A DNA stretch of 64,000 bases from a virus (IMGVR_UViG_2974731955_000001:34827-98826); one strand, 5' to 3'; numbered from the stretch's first letter, positions 1 to 9,176 are shown. Translations and numbers: made by a program. The notes: a model not told the origin generated them from the sequence alone.

Positions 1-158
1 AATCTCCAGAGTAAAGACAACCTCATCGTAGCTAACATGCTTTATTATCTACAAATTATCCGTTTCTACATCTAGTTTATTTCTATCTGTTAGCGGGTTC
101 TGGAGTCTAGTAGGTTTAAATTGCCGGGCTGAACGAATGCCAACGGCTACTGAAGCTA

Positions 159-563
159 ATGTCTTTAAAACTTGATCATTTAAATATATTAAATATGATT
201 CGAGTTATAGCGCAAAGGAGAGTACCATCTGCACATTCTTTTTTACAAAGAGTGAGGATGCTCCATAATACATTCAATATAAGTTATTTTAAGGCAATTA
301 AACTAGCTTATAAATTGAATAAAGGCTATGGAATTGTAATCAATACGACCATGGCTAGTAAAGACCAAGGGATGATGCTTATGATGAGTGACATCCACAG
401 TAAGTTGCATAGGATCTATGATACTCAATGGAAAATTGGTATCGAAGGATGTGGGCAACAAACACCACTAAAAGATTACAAACAAATAATCGTTAGAGGT
501 GGTTATAGGGTCTTTATCTCTCTAAAGCCCGGTTTTATAGATTCTAGATTAGAAATCTATTAA
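159..563 (+). CDS. Hypothetical early protein
   Basis: 134-aa ORF followed by a hairpin (agggggattattccccct, ~570-587). No recognisable motif. Confidence 0.6.
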   Translation: MSLKLDHLNILNMIRVIAQRRVPSAHSFLQRVRMLHNTFNISYFKAIKLAYKLNKGYGIVINTTMASKDQGMMLMMSDIHSKLHRIYDTQWKIGIEGCGQQTPLKDYKQIIVRGGYRVFISLKPGFIDSRLEIY

Positions 564-758
564 TTGGGTAGGGGGATTATTCCCCCTTTAAATAGACTAC
601 TTGTTAACTCAAAACTCTATTTTCGGTATCTGTTGTGAAACACATACTGATTAAACTTAAATCCTGAGTAAATACATGTAACAGCTTGGCGGCGTTAGTG
701 GCTTATGGTTTACTCAGGATTATTTATGTTGAATTATTAACAATAAAATATAATCAGT

Positions 759-1184
759 ATGATAAACATGAAAATTAAAATCGATTTTACGCATCCTAAT
801 GTACGTAGTTATAAATTACAAGCTATTAAAGCACTTAAAGAAATTACAGGCATGGGACTTAAAGAAGCAAAAGATACTGTAGATTCTGGCGATTACACTA
901 TTGTGCAGAGTAAAAAATCAGAGAAAGACGTAGAAGTAGAATATAGAACAGTATTAAATATATTTGAAATAAATGGTATAATAGAACCTCATTCATTCTG
1001 TACTTTAATTACAGAAAAGAATTCTGTTAAAGAAATTGAACCAGACGTCGTAAAAGTAGGTTCAGTATACATTATTACTGAGGAAAAATATCAGTATCTT
1101 CGCAAATCTCTAAGCATCCTTATGGATTTACTTGGTACATCCAAACAATTCATCCAAGCACACGATGCTTTATTAAATAAATAA
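759..1184 (+). CDS. Protein with a ribosomal bL12 (L7/L12) C-terminal-domain-like motif
   Basis: KLQAIKALKEITGMGLKEAKDTVD matches the bL12 CTD signature K-x-x-[VI]-I-K-x-[VL]-R-x-x-T-G-L-G-L-K-E-A-K-x-x-V-[DE]. Confidence 0.75.
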   Translation: MINMKIKIDFTHPNVRSYKLQAIKALKEITGMGLKEAKDTVDSGDYTIVQSKKSEKDVEVEYRTVLNIFEINGIIEPHSFCTLITEKNSVKEIEPDVVKVGSVYIITEEKYQYLRKSLSILMDLLGTSKQFIQAHDALLNK

Positions 1185-1186
1185 GT

Positions 1187-1408
1187 ATGGATACTATAAC
1201 AAAAAGTAGCATTAAATGCTTAATTTATATAATAATATTGTTTGTTACAATATGTGGTGGACTTTATGCTGTAATTTCTACAAAAGAATTAATAGCAGTA
1301 TCATTAGGTGCAGGAATTATATGTGGTTTATTATTTATATTAATAAATATAGAATCACAAAAAATCGAAAAATATTTAATTGAAGAAGAAGAAAAACAAC
1401 AAGATTAA
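1187..1408 (+). CDS. Small membrane protein with two TM helices
   Basis: Two hydrophobic stretches and a charged C-terminal tail. Confidence 0.7.
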   Translation: MDTITKSSIKCLIYIIILFVTICGGLYAVISTKELIAVSLGAGIICGLLFILINIESQKIEKYLIEEEEKQQD

Positions 1409-1447
1409 GGCAATATTGCAAAGTTTTATTAATAAATCAATTATTTT

Positions 1448-1912
1448 ATGAACAAATTTCGTGACTGGGCATTAGGATGCCTATGTTTAGTACTATTAGG
1501 AGCAATCCTATGGTACGGGTACGATAAGTACCATGGTACAAAACCAGAAATGGTTGAAGATCAACAAAGCACCGAAGTAATTATTCCTACTTTGGATCAA
1601 AAGTTAAACGATTGGAATGCAGAGAAACATAACACTGAACTGTATGATCTCTGTATGGAACTTCCCGAGCAAATAGTTAAAACTATTCTTAATAGAATAG
1701 GTACAACTGCAACTTATGAAGAGATAGCTGAGGAATATCTTCGTAATACTAATTATTATATTAGTATGCAGTTAAAAGAAGTTATGCCGGGAATAACTGG
1801 TCCAGATGCTAAAAATGCTAAAGTGGAAATAAGAACCGAGGTAGAAAGGCCAATACCAGAGAAAGATAAACCTGTAACTGTTCCAGTAATAGTGAAAGAT
1901 TCAGTCAAATAA
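1448..1912 (+). CDS. Membrane-anchored hypothetical protein
   Basis: N-terminal hydrophobic helix (WALGCLCLVLLGAILWYG) and an A/T-rich Bacteroidota-type leader. Confidence 0.75.
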   Translation: MNKFRDWALGCLCLVLLGAILWYGYDKYHGTKPEMVEDQQSTEVIIPTLDQKLNDWNAEKHNTELYDLCMELPEQIVKTILNRIGTTATYEEIAEEYLRNTNYYISMQLKEVMPGITGPDAKNAKVEIRTEVERPIPEKDKPVTVPVIVKDSVK

Positions 1913-2345
1913 TTCTCTTATACAAAGCCTTTGGTACGTATTGCCTGTGAAGGTAATACGTACAATCCTCAGGAGATGACAAGCATGTGGGGCGTAAGTA
2001 AATGCATATCTATATACTTAGCTGAATACGACAGAAAGAATATAGAAATACTCGTATTTGTGTTTATGATCGTGCAGATGTAAAAATCATGCCGTTAATA
2101 AGAATTGTACTGGCAATACAATTCTGCTACAACGTAAAATATGTTAGATAGCCAATTTTAAGAAGTTTTGTGTAAAAGTTTTTTAATATTTATTTTGCAG
2201 ACATAAAACTTCACAACAATTCTTGTTATTAGTTACTCACAGTACAATGTGAGTTGTTGTTAATCAACAATCGTTCATTCACAAACCTTCCCCATAGTTG
2301 TACATATGGGGACATCCTCAAAGTTATAACTTAAATTTATCAAAA

Positions 2346-2780
2346 ATGAAACAGTTATTATTGTATGGTAGCACAGGTAATAATGTCTGTGTTATCCAAA
2401 TTCCGACTAATTGGTCAGTTGATGAAGCTAGAGAATTTCTAGAAAAAGCTCTCTTAGAATTCGCAGCAAATAAGCAACACAACGAATTCTTTTCAATTTC
2501 AAATGAAGATGAACTCAACCAGAAATGGCCTAAGAAATCTTCAGAAATTGAAGAGTGTTGTAAAATTATTCTCAACAACATTGGCAGTCCAATTAATGGT
2601 GCTGGTGGTCTAATTTGGCAAGTCAGATTACAGTCATACATTATGACAAATCCTGATTTTACAAACAGACTATTCAAAGCCTTTGAGAAAAAATTAACTC
2701 GAGAAGAAGAGGCATTTCTAAGTGCCAATTATCTCGAGTTATTACCCACTTTAGTTAAAACTATTAAAAATAGTTTATAA
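2346..2780 (+). CDS. Hypothetical protein
   Basis: ORF track 2298..2780. The ATG of MKQLLL after 'ttatcaaaa' is the more likely start. Confidence 0.65.
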   Translation: MKQLLLYGSTGNNVCVIQIPTNWSVDEAREFLEKALLEFAANKQHNEFFSISNEDELNQKWPKKSSEIEECCKIILNNIGSPINGAGGLIWQVRLQSYIMTNPDFTNRLFKAFEKKLTREEEAFLSANYLELLPTLVKTIKNSL

Positions 2781-2896
2781 TGAGTAAAACATTTAAAGAC
2801 TCAAAAGGTACAAAACAAGGACGATCTGAAAAAGGTCGTCCTAAGCCAAAAATGACTCCTTACAAAAAGAGTACAAAAGTAAAAGAAGAATATTAA
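2780..2896 (+). CDS. Small basic peptide (38 aa, MSKTFKDSKGTKQGRSEKGRPKPKMTPYKKSTKVKEEY)
   Basis: ATG overlaps the upstream stop (TAATG). Lys/Arg-rich. Not in the ORF track. Confidence 0.55.
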   Translation: MSKTFKDSKGTKQGRSEKGRPKPKMTPYKKSTKVKEEY

Positions 2897-3116
2897 TCTC
2901 TCGCCAGTTATTGATATTTTTTAATTTTACATATATGGTGGTTATCCCCAAAAAGTCATGAATAAGCCAGAGTCCTAAGGCAAATCAAAGCTATATGAAG
3001 ATGTATAGTACGCTGATAAAGTAAAGGGGCTAGTGTATGATAAGACAACAAAGATTACACCGTGACTTTATTCTAAGACAACACAACATTTAACAAAATA
3101 AAATCAATTTATTAAA

Positions 3117-3509
3117 ATGCGAAGTAGAAAAAAGATGGAAACTACAAGAATTCGCAAAGCGAATGCTGTAGTAAAAGAAAAAGAGATTCTGTATTTTGCA
3201 CAGGATAGAGATGTAAGTACTCGCATGCTTGCAATACTATCCGTAAGTAAAACAAAATCTGGAGTAATGAAAGAGATAAAAGGTGCTGATGGAAAAGTCC
3301 AACAAATACTTTGTCCTGAAATTACTCGCTACAAAGTTATTTGTGGCTCCAATGGAAAAGTTGGAACAAGATTCAATACAGTAGCGTATGTTATTGTATG
3401 TAGGAAGGATATTCATAGAATAATCAATGAGACTCTAACTTGGAGTGAAACTAATCAAAGAATAAGTTTCTGGAACAATGTATATAATATGGCAGAAGAT
3501 ATAGAATAA
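3117..3509 (+). CDS. Hypothetical protein
   Basis: 130-aa ORF with an A-rich leader. Confidence 0.7.
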   Translation: MRSRKKMETTRIRKANAVVKEKEILYFAQDRDVSTRMLAILSVSKTKSGVMKEIKGADGKVQQILCPEITRYKVICGSNGKVGTRFNTVAYVIVCRKDIHRIINETLTWSETNQRISFWNNVYNMAEDIE

Positions 3510-3557
3510 AAACTTTTTTAAAAATCAATTTTATAAACCTTTTAAATTATCAAAATT

Positions 3558-3935
3558 ATGGCAGATTTCAATTTAGATGCAAAAATGCAAGAGCAAGAGA
3601 ACAATCAAGGTAAAGTTAACACTTCCGCAGTAGATAAAGCAAAAGAGAATATTGCTGCAAAGAAGTTAGAACAAGAGACTCGTGAGGTTGAACGTCGTCT
3701 ATCCAATGCAGAATCTACAGAAGATCGTGCATTAAAGGAATTACGTATGGCTCGTAAGAAAGAGGAAGCTCAAAAAGCATTTTTGACAGCTGTATCTACA
3801 GCTAAAACAAAGTTTGAGTCCGACGGAGATTATCGTGCATACGACAAAGCCGTTGAAGAAGCCGAAGAGAAGCGTGACAAGGCCGTTAGTGAGGCTAAGC
3901 GTGCTATCTATGGTGAAGATTATTGGCGTTATTGA
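3558..3935 (+). CDS. Coiled-coil hypothetical protein
   Basis: Ala/Glu/Lys-rich helical 125-aa ORF immediately upstream of the structured non-coding block. Confidence 0.8.
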   Translation: MADFNLDAKMQEQENNQGKVNTSAVDKAKENIAAKKLEQETREVERRLSNAESTEDRALKELRMARKKEEAQKAFLTAVSTAKTKFESDGDYRAYDKAVEEAEEKRDKAVSEAKRAIYGEDYWRY

Positions 3936-3939
3936 TACC

Positions 3940-4480
3940 CATTGATCACTCCAAATCAGAGCTGAGAGTGTCCGAGAGGCCTCTCAGTCTCTAATTATAG
4001 CTATATGCTGTAGTTAGAGATTAATGCCACGATTTAAAACTTCCGAATCGATAGTAGGAAAAATTACTCTGAATTAACAGAGTACTCAAGAGCCTTGAGC
4101 CAGAGTGGAAACTTTGAGCCACTGATCATGTGCCTAAGATCATTACTATCACTTGAAAAGTAACAGGATGTTACTGCTGAATCGCTAGAACCTTGAGTCA
4201 AGACCTAGTGATAGGCTTACGTAAGTAAGTTAAGTATAGTAATGATATCAAATCACACATAGAATTAGAGCTTTAAGCCGAAGTTGATGGTTATCGTCTT
4301 TTGATGGTAATTTAAAACTTCAAATTCTATAGATCTATCAAAGGCATTTACTATAGTAATAGAGAGCTTACATGCCTAAGTATTCTTTTTGAGGAGGTAA
4401 ATATGTATGCAAGCCGCATTGCGCACTCTTACAGAGTAATACACTCGCAATAAAGAAGGATACTTACTATTACTATAGAT
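3940..4480 (+). ncRNA. Candidate structured ncRNA (~540 nt) with a repeated RARCYUURAGYC motif
   Basis: No ORF. Nested helices such as 4351-4362/4467-4478 (12 bp), 4050-4056/4144-4150 and 4259-4266/4323-4330. Four motif copies. Boundaries approximate. Confidence 0.55.
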
Positions 4481-4558
4481 ATTTTAAAGAGAGTAAAGAG
4501 AGAGATCTCTTTACTTTCACTATCCCAATTTGGGAATTTGTTTGGAATTTTTCAAATT

Positions 4559-4639
4559 CATAGTATAAGAACTGTACTATGTCTTATTAGGTTTATTGGA
4601 AACTATTAGGACGAGGGTTCGATTCCCTCCAACTCCACA
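4559..4639 (+). ncRNA. ssrA: tmRNA acceptor piece (3' part of the tRNA-like domain) of a permuted two-piece tmRNA
   Basis: ACTATTA-GGAC-GAGGG-TTCGATT-CCCTC-CAACTCC-A: helix-2 strand, GGAC motif, T arm, 3' acceptor strand and discriminator A. The 5' boundary is uncertain. Confidence 0.85.
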
Positions 4640-4741
4640 TCTTTTTAAGTTTTAATTCGGTGATGTCACGCATGAATCATGGATAAAAGAATACGGCAGT
4701 AATCGCTTCCAGTACTATAAGTTCGTAATAGTATAAGGATA

Positions 4742-4790
4742 CCTGCCACCCACGGTCAGAAGCATAGAGGTTCGACTCCTCTTGGCAAGG
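4742..4790 (+). ncRNA. Mini tRNA-like element inside the tmRNA intervening segment
   Basis: TGCCA/TGGCA stem plus T arm AGAGG-TTCGACT-CCTCT (4766-4782). No canonical D or anticodon arm. Confidence 0.45.
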
Positions 4791-4851
4791 GTATAAACCA
4801 CTCCTAGATTAAAAGCCGCAAAGCTTCCAAGCAGGTGTGAGGCCTGCATAA

Positions 4852-4980
4852 GGGGTTGCATGGATTTGACTAGTAGTGAAAGGTAAAATAGGTTCGATTT
4901 AAAATTAAATGGCAATAACTTTGTCACAGATTATACTGCGATAGGAGCGTAATCTAACGTGCTAACTACGAAAGTGAGGG
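4852..4980 (+). ncRNA. ssrA: tmRNA coding piece (5' part of the tRNA-like domain plus tag ORF GNNFVTDYTAIGA*)
   Basis: GGGGTTG pairs with CAACTCC (4630-4636) including G3.U70. It is followed by CATGGATTTGAC and TAGTAGT (pairs with 4602-4608). Resume context AATTAAAT|GGC, tag ORF 4911-4952. Confidence 0.85.
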
Positions 4981-5053
4981 TATCTGATAGCTTAATGGTC
5001 AAAGCCTTGGATTTTACCAAGAGATTGTGGGTTCGAGTCCCACTCAGATAACA
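4981..5053 (+). tRNA. Non-canonical tRNA with a shortened anticodon arm (6-nt loop ATTTTA; possibly Lys-derived, anticodon undetermined)
   Basis: Acceptor TATCTGA/TCAGATA, D stem GCTT/AAGC, anticodon stem CTTGG/CCAAG, T arm GTGGG-TTCGAGT-CCCAC. Confidence 0.75.
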
Positions 5054-5085
5054 ACTTTTTATTAATCAATAATAATTAAAAGCGT

Positions 5086-5454
5086 ATGGATGTAAAATAC
5101 GAAAGTAAAAGACTAGTAATGTTTCGAAAGGAATGTATACTAGCAGGTCCTAGAGACTCTGTAGTAGGATTCTTTAGGTTTTTGAAGGAATTAGGGGCAG
5201 ATGTAGCCAAAACAGTTAATTCTGAAAATCTAGTAACTTCAAGAGGAAAAATAGTTCTTCTTCTTAAAAATGAGGGGAAAAATAAATTATTTCCACAAGT
5301 AACTGTGTTAAATAGAACATGGTGGGATTTCTACCATAATCCTAGAAAACACAAAACTAAGATTAAAACATACAATCTTCCAAAACAATGGAAACAAGTA
5401 TGTGAAAGTATCTTAATCCTTGAAAATGTACCACTATTAATTCCTGAATCATGA
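5086..5454 (+). CDS. Hypothetical protein
   Basis: 122-aa ORF, followed by an overlapping ~58-aa ORF (5451-5627). Confidence 0.7.
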   Translation: MDVKYESKRLVMFRKECILAGPRDSVVGFFRFLKELGADVAKTVNSENLVTSRGKIVLLLKNEGKNKLFPQVTVLNRTWWDFYHNPRKHKTKIKTYNLPKQWKQVCESILILENVPLLIPES

Positions 5455-5628
5455 AACTTGAACATTGGATTTATTTTGAAAAAGGAGAAAAAGCAAAACT
5501 CCAAGAAATAATGAATACTTACTCTGAAGAGTTTCAACAACTTGAGGCAATTCAGAAAGAATTTGAAGTTGATATGCTAACAGCTTCTAGAGTAATCAAT
5601 ATATATAATAATAAAATAAGAAAGTAAC

Positions 5629-6120
5629 ATGAAGGCGGGAATTTATCTAGTTAAAGACAAATTTAGTGAAGCTAAGCATCTACTATCTTTAAATGGTAAA
5701 GAACCATTTATAAGAATAGAGAATTGCATTAGTTTATCTGAATTTGCATGTGGTAAACTTGAAAAGGATCATTGTGTAGTAAAAGAAATTCTAGAAAATC
5801 CAGAGAATTTCGAGTTCTCTCTATTATCAAATGAAGTTGAGAAAACATTAGAAATAAGAGAAGAACCAGAAGAATTACCTACACTATCTGATGATGAATA
5901 CATGAGAATTACTCAAGATGAGTTCATTCAACCTGATGGAGAACTTAGTCAAGTACTAGCGATAGCAGAAATTAATGCTGTCTTTCATACAGACTGGGAT
6001 AAATCTCGTGAGATCTTTACAAACATAGTATTACCTAGATATGAGGCAGAAAAATGGGAAAGACTTCAGTTAAAGAATCGCTCATCTTCAATCAGCGAGG
6101 CGACCTCTGTGATAAGCTAA
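5629..6120 (+). CDS. Hypothetical acidic protein
   Basis: 163-aa ORF in an operon-like arrangement. Confidence 0.7.
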   Translation: MKAGIYLVKDKFSEAKHLLSLNGKEPFIRIENCISLSEFACGKLEKDHCVVKEILENPENFEFSLLSNEVEKTLEIREEPEELPTLSDDEYMRITQDEFIQPDGELSQVLAIAEINAVFHTDWDKSREIFTNIVLPRYEAEKWERLQLKNRSSSISEATSVIS

Positions 6121-6554
6121 AAACATTTTTACTACAGGAGTGTGATAAAGCATATATACCAACATGTACAGATCAAGGCTTTCGCTTTGATTGGAAAATT
6201 ATAGGTCTAGAGTATGAAAAATACTTTGGATATCCACATTTAGGTAAAGATGGTACTATGTATCCTATAAAACCAAATGATATCTCTTTTGAAGTATGGC
6301 AGAAAGCTATACCCCAAGTAAGAGAATGGATTTGGTGGGTATCCTACAAATTATTTTATCCTACAAGAATAATAGGTCGTAGTAACGCTGCTGATAGAGT
6401 ACTGTTAAGAATTTCAGTATCTCTACTTGACAAAATAGAGTTACCTAAATATTATATAGATAATATGTTTGATAATCTAGTAGTATGTTATTACTCTAGA
6501 AAAAGAGCATATAATTCATATTTCTATAAAAGTATTTTAGGTATACCATTTTAG
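6054..6554 (+). CDS. Hypothetical protein
   Basis: 166-aa ORF overlapping the upstream gene. Confidence 0.7.
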   Translation: MGKTSVKESLIFNQRGDLCDKLKTFLLQECDKAYIPTCTDQGFRFDWKIIGLEYEKYFGYPHLGKDGTMYPIKPNDISFEVWQKAIPQVREWIWWVSYKLFYPTRIIGRSNAADRVLLRISVSLLDKIELPKYYIDNMFDNLVVCYYSRKRAYNSYFYKSILGIPF

Positions 6555-6633
6555 TTTAGAAATAAGGAAGTGTAATAAGATTTGCCTACTTTCAGACAAG
6601 ATTGCTGTGTCGTCGCAGAGGGCGTTCTAAACA

Positions 6634-6664
6634 AAGTACTAGAGGTTCGACTCCTCTAGTACTT
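6634..6664 (+). other. tRNA minihelix-like hairpin (12-bp stem plus T loop)
   Basis: AAGTACTAGAGG-TTCGACT-CCTCTAGTACTT is a perfect 7+5 bp stem, 20 nt upstream of the sigma factor ATG. Confidence 0.7.
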
Positions 6665-6684
6665 ACTAACCAAACTGCTAGTTT

Positions 6685-7242
6685 ATGAATGATGAAAACT
6701 CATTAATAGACCAAGCGAAACGTGGTGATGAAAAGGCTTTTAATCAATTATATAATCGGTATTATAAATTGATAAGATATATTATTTTTGACATTGTTAA
6801 AGATGATAATCTTACTCAAGATTTATTGAGTAATACATTTATAAAAGCCTTCGGTAAACTCAATTCCTATGTAAATCCTATAAGCTTCGAAGCGTGGCTC
6901 AAAACAATTGCAGTAAATACTACAATTGATTATATTAGAGCCTCGAAGGATTTACAAAAGAATTTCAGCATAGATGATGAGAATAATAAGACTCAATTAG
7001 AAGAAACAGCTCCAGATCCCGAATCAGATATGATTAAAACAGAGAATGTAGAACTTCTTAGAGTTGCATTATCTCGCCTAAGATCTAAATATCGTAATTT
7101 ACTCGAGATGCGATATTTTGAAGGTCTTAGTTACGATCAACTTAGCGTTAAGCTTGGTATTCCTATTGGTACTGTAAAGTCCGATTTGAACAAAGCAAAA
7201 CATAAGTTGAGAGAAATATTTCAAAAACTTTCAAAAAATTAA
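6685..7242 (+). CDS. ECF-type sigma-70 family sigma factor
   Basis: Region 2 (GDEKAFNQLY...DLLSNTFIKAF...FEAWLKTIAVNTTIDYIR) and region 4 HTH (GLSYDQLSVKLGIPIGTVKSDLNKAKHKLR). Confidence 0.92.
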   Translation: MNDENSLIDQAKRGDEKAFNQLYNRYYKLIRYIIFDIVKDDNLTQDLLSNTFIKAFGKLNSYVNPISFEAWLKTIAVNTTIDYIRASKDLQKNFSIDDENNKTQLEETAPDPESDMIKTENVELLRVALSRLRSKYRNLLEMRYFEGLSYDQLSVKLGIPIGTVKSDLNKAKHKLREIFQKLSKN

Positions 7243-7248
7243 CAAAAC

Positions 7249-7638
7249 ATGACAACAACATCTTTCATCTGTATGTTAGTTGCTTTGGTTTTACTAATTG
7301 TTGCAATTGGTAGAGTACAAGGCAGTCCAAAAGTAGCTGCGAATCTTTTGATCGCTTTAGCTTTTGGAGTTGTTGTAGGCTTAGGAATCAATAGTAAGAA
7401 TGACATTCGTAAGTCATCTAAAAATGATACTAAGATTGAGAAGATCTCTAATGTAAACCAATTGCCCATACAGGCTATGCAGATTATTGGAGTGACACCA
7501 GTAATTACTGCAACAGTTGAGTCTGTAGGTAAGGCTCATAATTGGTTTATTAGAGATCAAGGAGACCTACAACAAAGTGTAAACCATCTCACCTATGTGA
7601 GTACTAGGGCCAGCCCTATATACGAGGATTCAAGTTAG
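7249..7638 (+). CDS. Membrane protein with two N-terminal TM helices
   Basis: Two hydrophobic helices. Starts 6 nt after the sigma factor stop. Confidence 0.75.
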   Translation: MTTTSFICMLVALVLLIVAIGRVQGSPKVAANLLIALAFGVVVGLGINSKNDIRKSSKNDTKIEKISNVNQLPIQAMQIIGVTPVITATVESVGKAHNWFIRDQGDLQQSVNHLTYVSTRASPIYEDSS

Positions 7639-7728
7639 ATTACAAGAATTTATCGGGATCATCGTATGTATAATTATTAGTTTAACAATTAAAACGCTGT
7701 AAAAAGGACAGTATAAAATCAATTTAAA

Positions 7729-9150
7729 ATGTCTAAAAATAAGAACAACAAAAACTCTCAGCAAGCAGTAGCTACTGAGAAGGAAAAGGAGAATAAGAAC
7801 GTGCAGACTACTGCACAAGTAAGTAACCCCACAAAGAAGGAGGACAAGCCAAAAGCTGATCCAAAACCTAAGAAAGATAAGGAACAGACGGCTACTCCAC
7901 CACCTGCAGCAGATCCTTCAGTAATTGATGCTACTAAAACAGCAGAAGTTATTGATCCGGAACCAAAAAAGAAATCCAATATCCCGAAGAAGATCGATCT
8001 TGCTAAGATTTCACTGACCACTAGTCAACGATTATCCGGTGATGGTTTTGCTCGTATGTTGGATGTAGCAGAGCGCTATATCTCTCGTATGAAAGCAGGT
8101 GAGCCAGCAACCATTAAGATGGAGCAGGCGTTCACTTATAATCTTGCTTGGGGCATCACAAAGATGTCAATTCAGGCTCGTGAGGAGAAGATTGAGTATG
8201 GTCTTAATGTACCGAATGATGATGTTATTGTAACTGATATCATTGATACATTCAATAGCCTTGGAGTGGCATTAGCTCCACATGTCTCTGAAGATGGCAA
8301 GCAAATGACGCTTGAGTTTCAGGAGATTAGTCCAGAAGCAGAGAAAGCAGCCAAAGAAGAGATCAAACAAGAGAAGACTCCGGTTGTTCCAGAGTTAGAT
8401 CCTGACAAATGGAAGAGTGAAGACGATGCAAAGAAAGGATTATCTTATATTCTTGCAAAACAAGATCAGTCATTTCCAAATCGGTTTAATGAAACTTTAT
8501 TAAAGGTTCGTACCTTTAAGAAAAATCAGGAGACAGATGAAGAAAAAAAGGCTGTATGGGACAAGATTGGTTTAGGTGCCCTATTCGAGAACGCAGTTCA
8601 ACTATTAGGAAACCGCTCAACTGCTCTTGTTCGTGGATTATGTCAAGGATGTGTATCTGCCTTAATTACGGATCACAATCCGATATTTGCTCATTCAACA
8701 GTTAAGTATAACTTACCAATGTTGTCTGAGGAAGAGGCCGCTGACTTGATTAAATCCTTTATTAAAGTACGTCAGGAAGATCCTAAACTTCCTATTGACG
8801 AGACTCCAGCTGTTAAGTTTGGTATTCTTGAGGCAACTCGTGAACAGTTCCTTAACATTCCAATGGATAACGAAATGCCGTTAGCCGAAATGGGATTGAA
8901 GAAGGATGATCCAAAGTACAAACAGATTACTCTGGCTAAGAAGATTATGAATAAGTTCCTTGAAGCGTATGGAAATGAAATCGGATATGATGATCCGAAA
9001 TTCTATTTACATGCGACTAACAAGATGATCGAAATTCGTAATCTATATGTCGATAAAGATGCGGCATTTACACCGTATACTGAAAGTGAATATCCAAAAA
9101 CTACTTCTACGGAAACTGCAGATCCTGAGAAGAAGAAAGAGGGTAAGTAA
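7729..9150 (+). CDS. Hypothetical protein with a disordered K/P/E-rich N-terminus
   Basis: 473-aa ORF. No family recognised. Confidence 0.85.
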   Translation: MSKNKNNKNSQQAVATEKEKENKNVQTTAQVSNPTKKEDKPKADPKPKKDKEQTATPPPAADPSVIDATKTAEVIDPEPKKKSNIPKKIDLAKISLTTSQRLSGDGFARMLDVAERYISRMKAGEPATIKMEQAFTYNLAWGITKMSIQAREEKIEYGLNVPNDDVIVTDIIDTFNSLGVALAPHVSEDGKQMTLEFQEISPEAEKAAKEEIKQEKTPVVPELDPDKWKSEDDAKKGLSYILAKQDQSFPNRFNETLLKVRTFKKNQETDEEKKAVWDKIGLGALFENAVQLLGNRSTALVRGLCQGCVSALITDHNPIFAHSTVKYNLPMLSEEEAADLIKSFIKVRQEDPKLPIDETPAVKFGILEATREQFLNIPMDNEMPLAEMGLKKDDPKYKQITLAKKIMNKFLEAYGNEIGYDDPKFYLHATNKMIEIRNLYVDKDAAFTPYTESEYPKTTSTETADPEKKKEGK

Positions 9151-9176
9151 GTAATTATTATTAAACCATTATCAAA

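Noticed and set aside
3940-4480. CRISPR array or tandem type III antitoxin array
   Set aside because: The repeats are only ~12 nt, degenerate and irregularly spaced, and no cas or ToxN-like gene is recognisable nearby.
4715-4927. 70-aa ORF on the - strand
   Set aside because: It is antisense to the tmRNA locus and better explained by the RNA gene.
4981-5053. Ochre suppressor tRNA (TTA) explaining readthrough at 57251
   Set aside because: The loop has 6 nt and cannot place TTA in a canonical anticodon register. TAA is also a very common stop codon in this genome.
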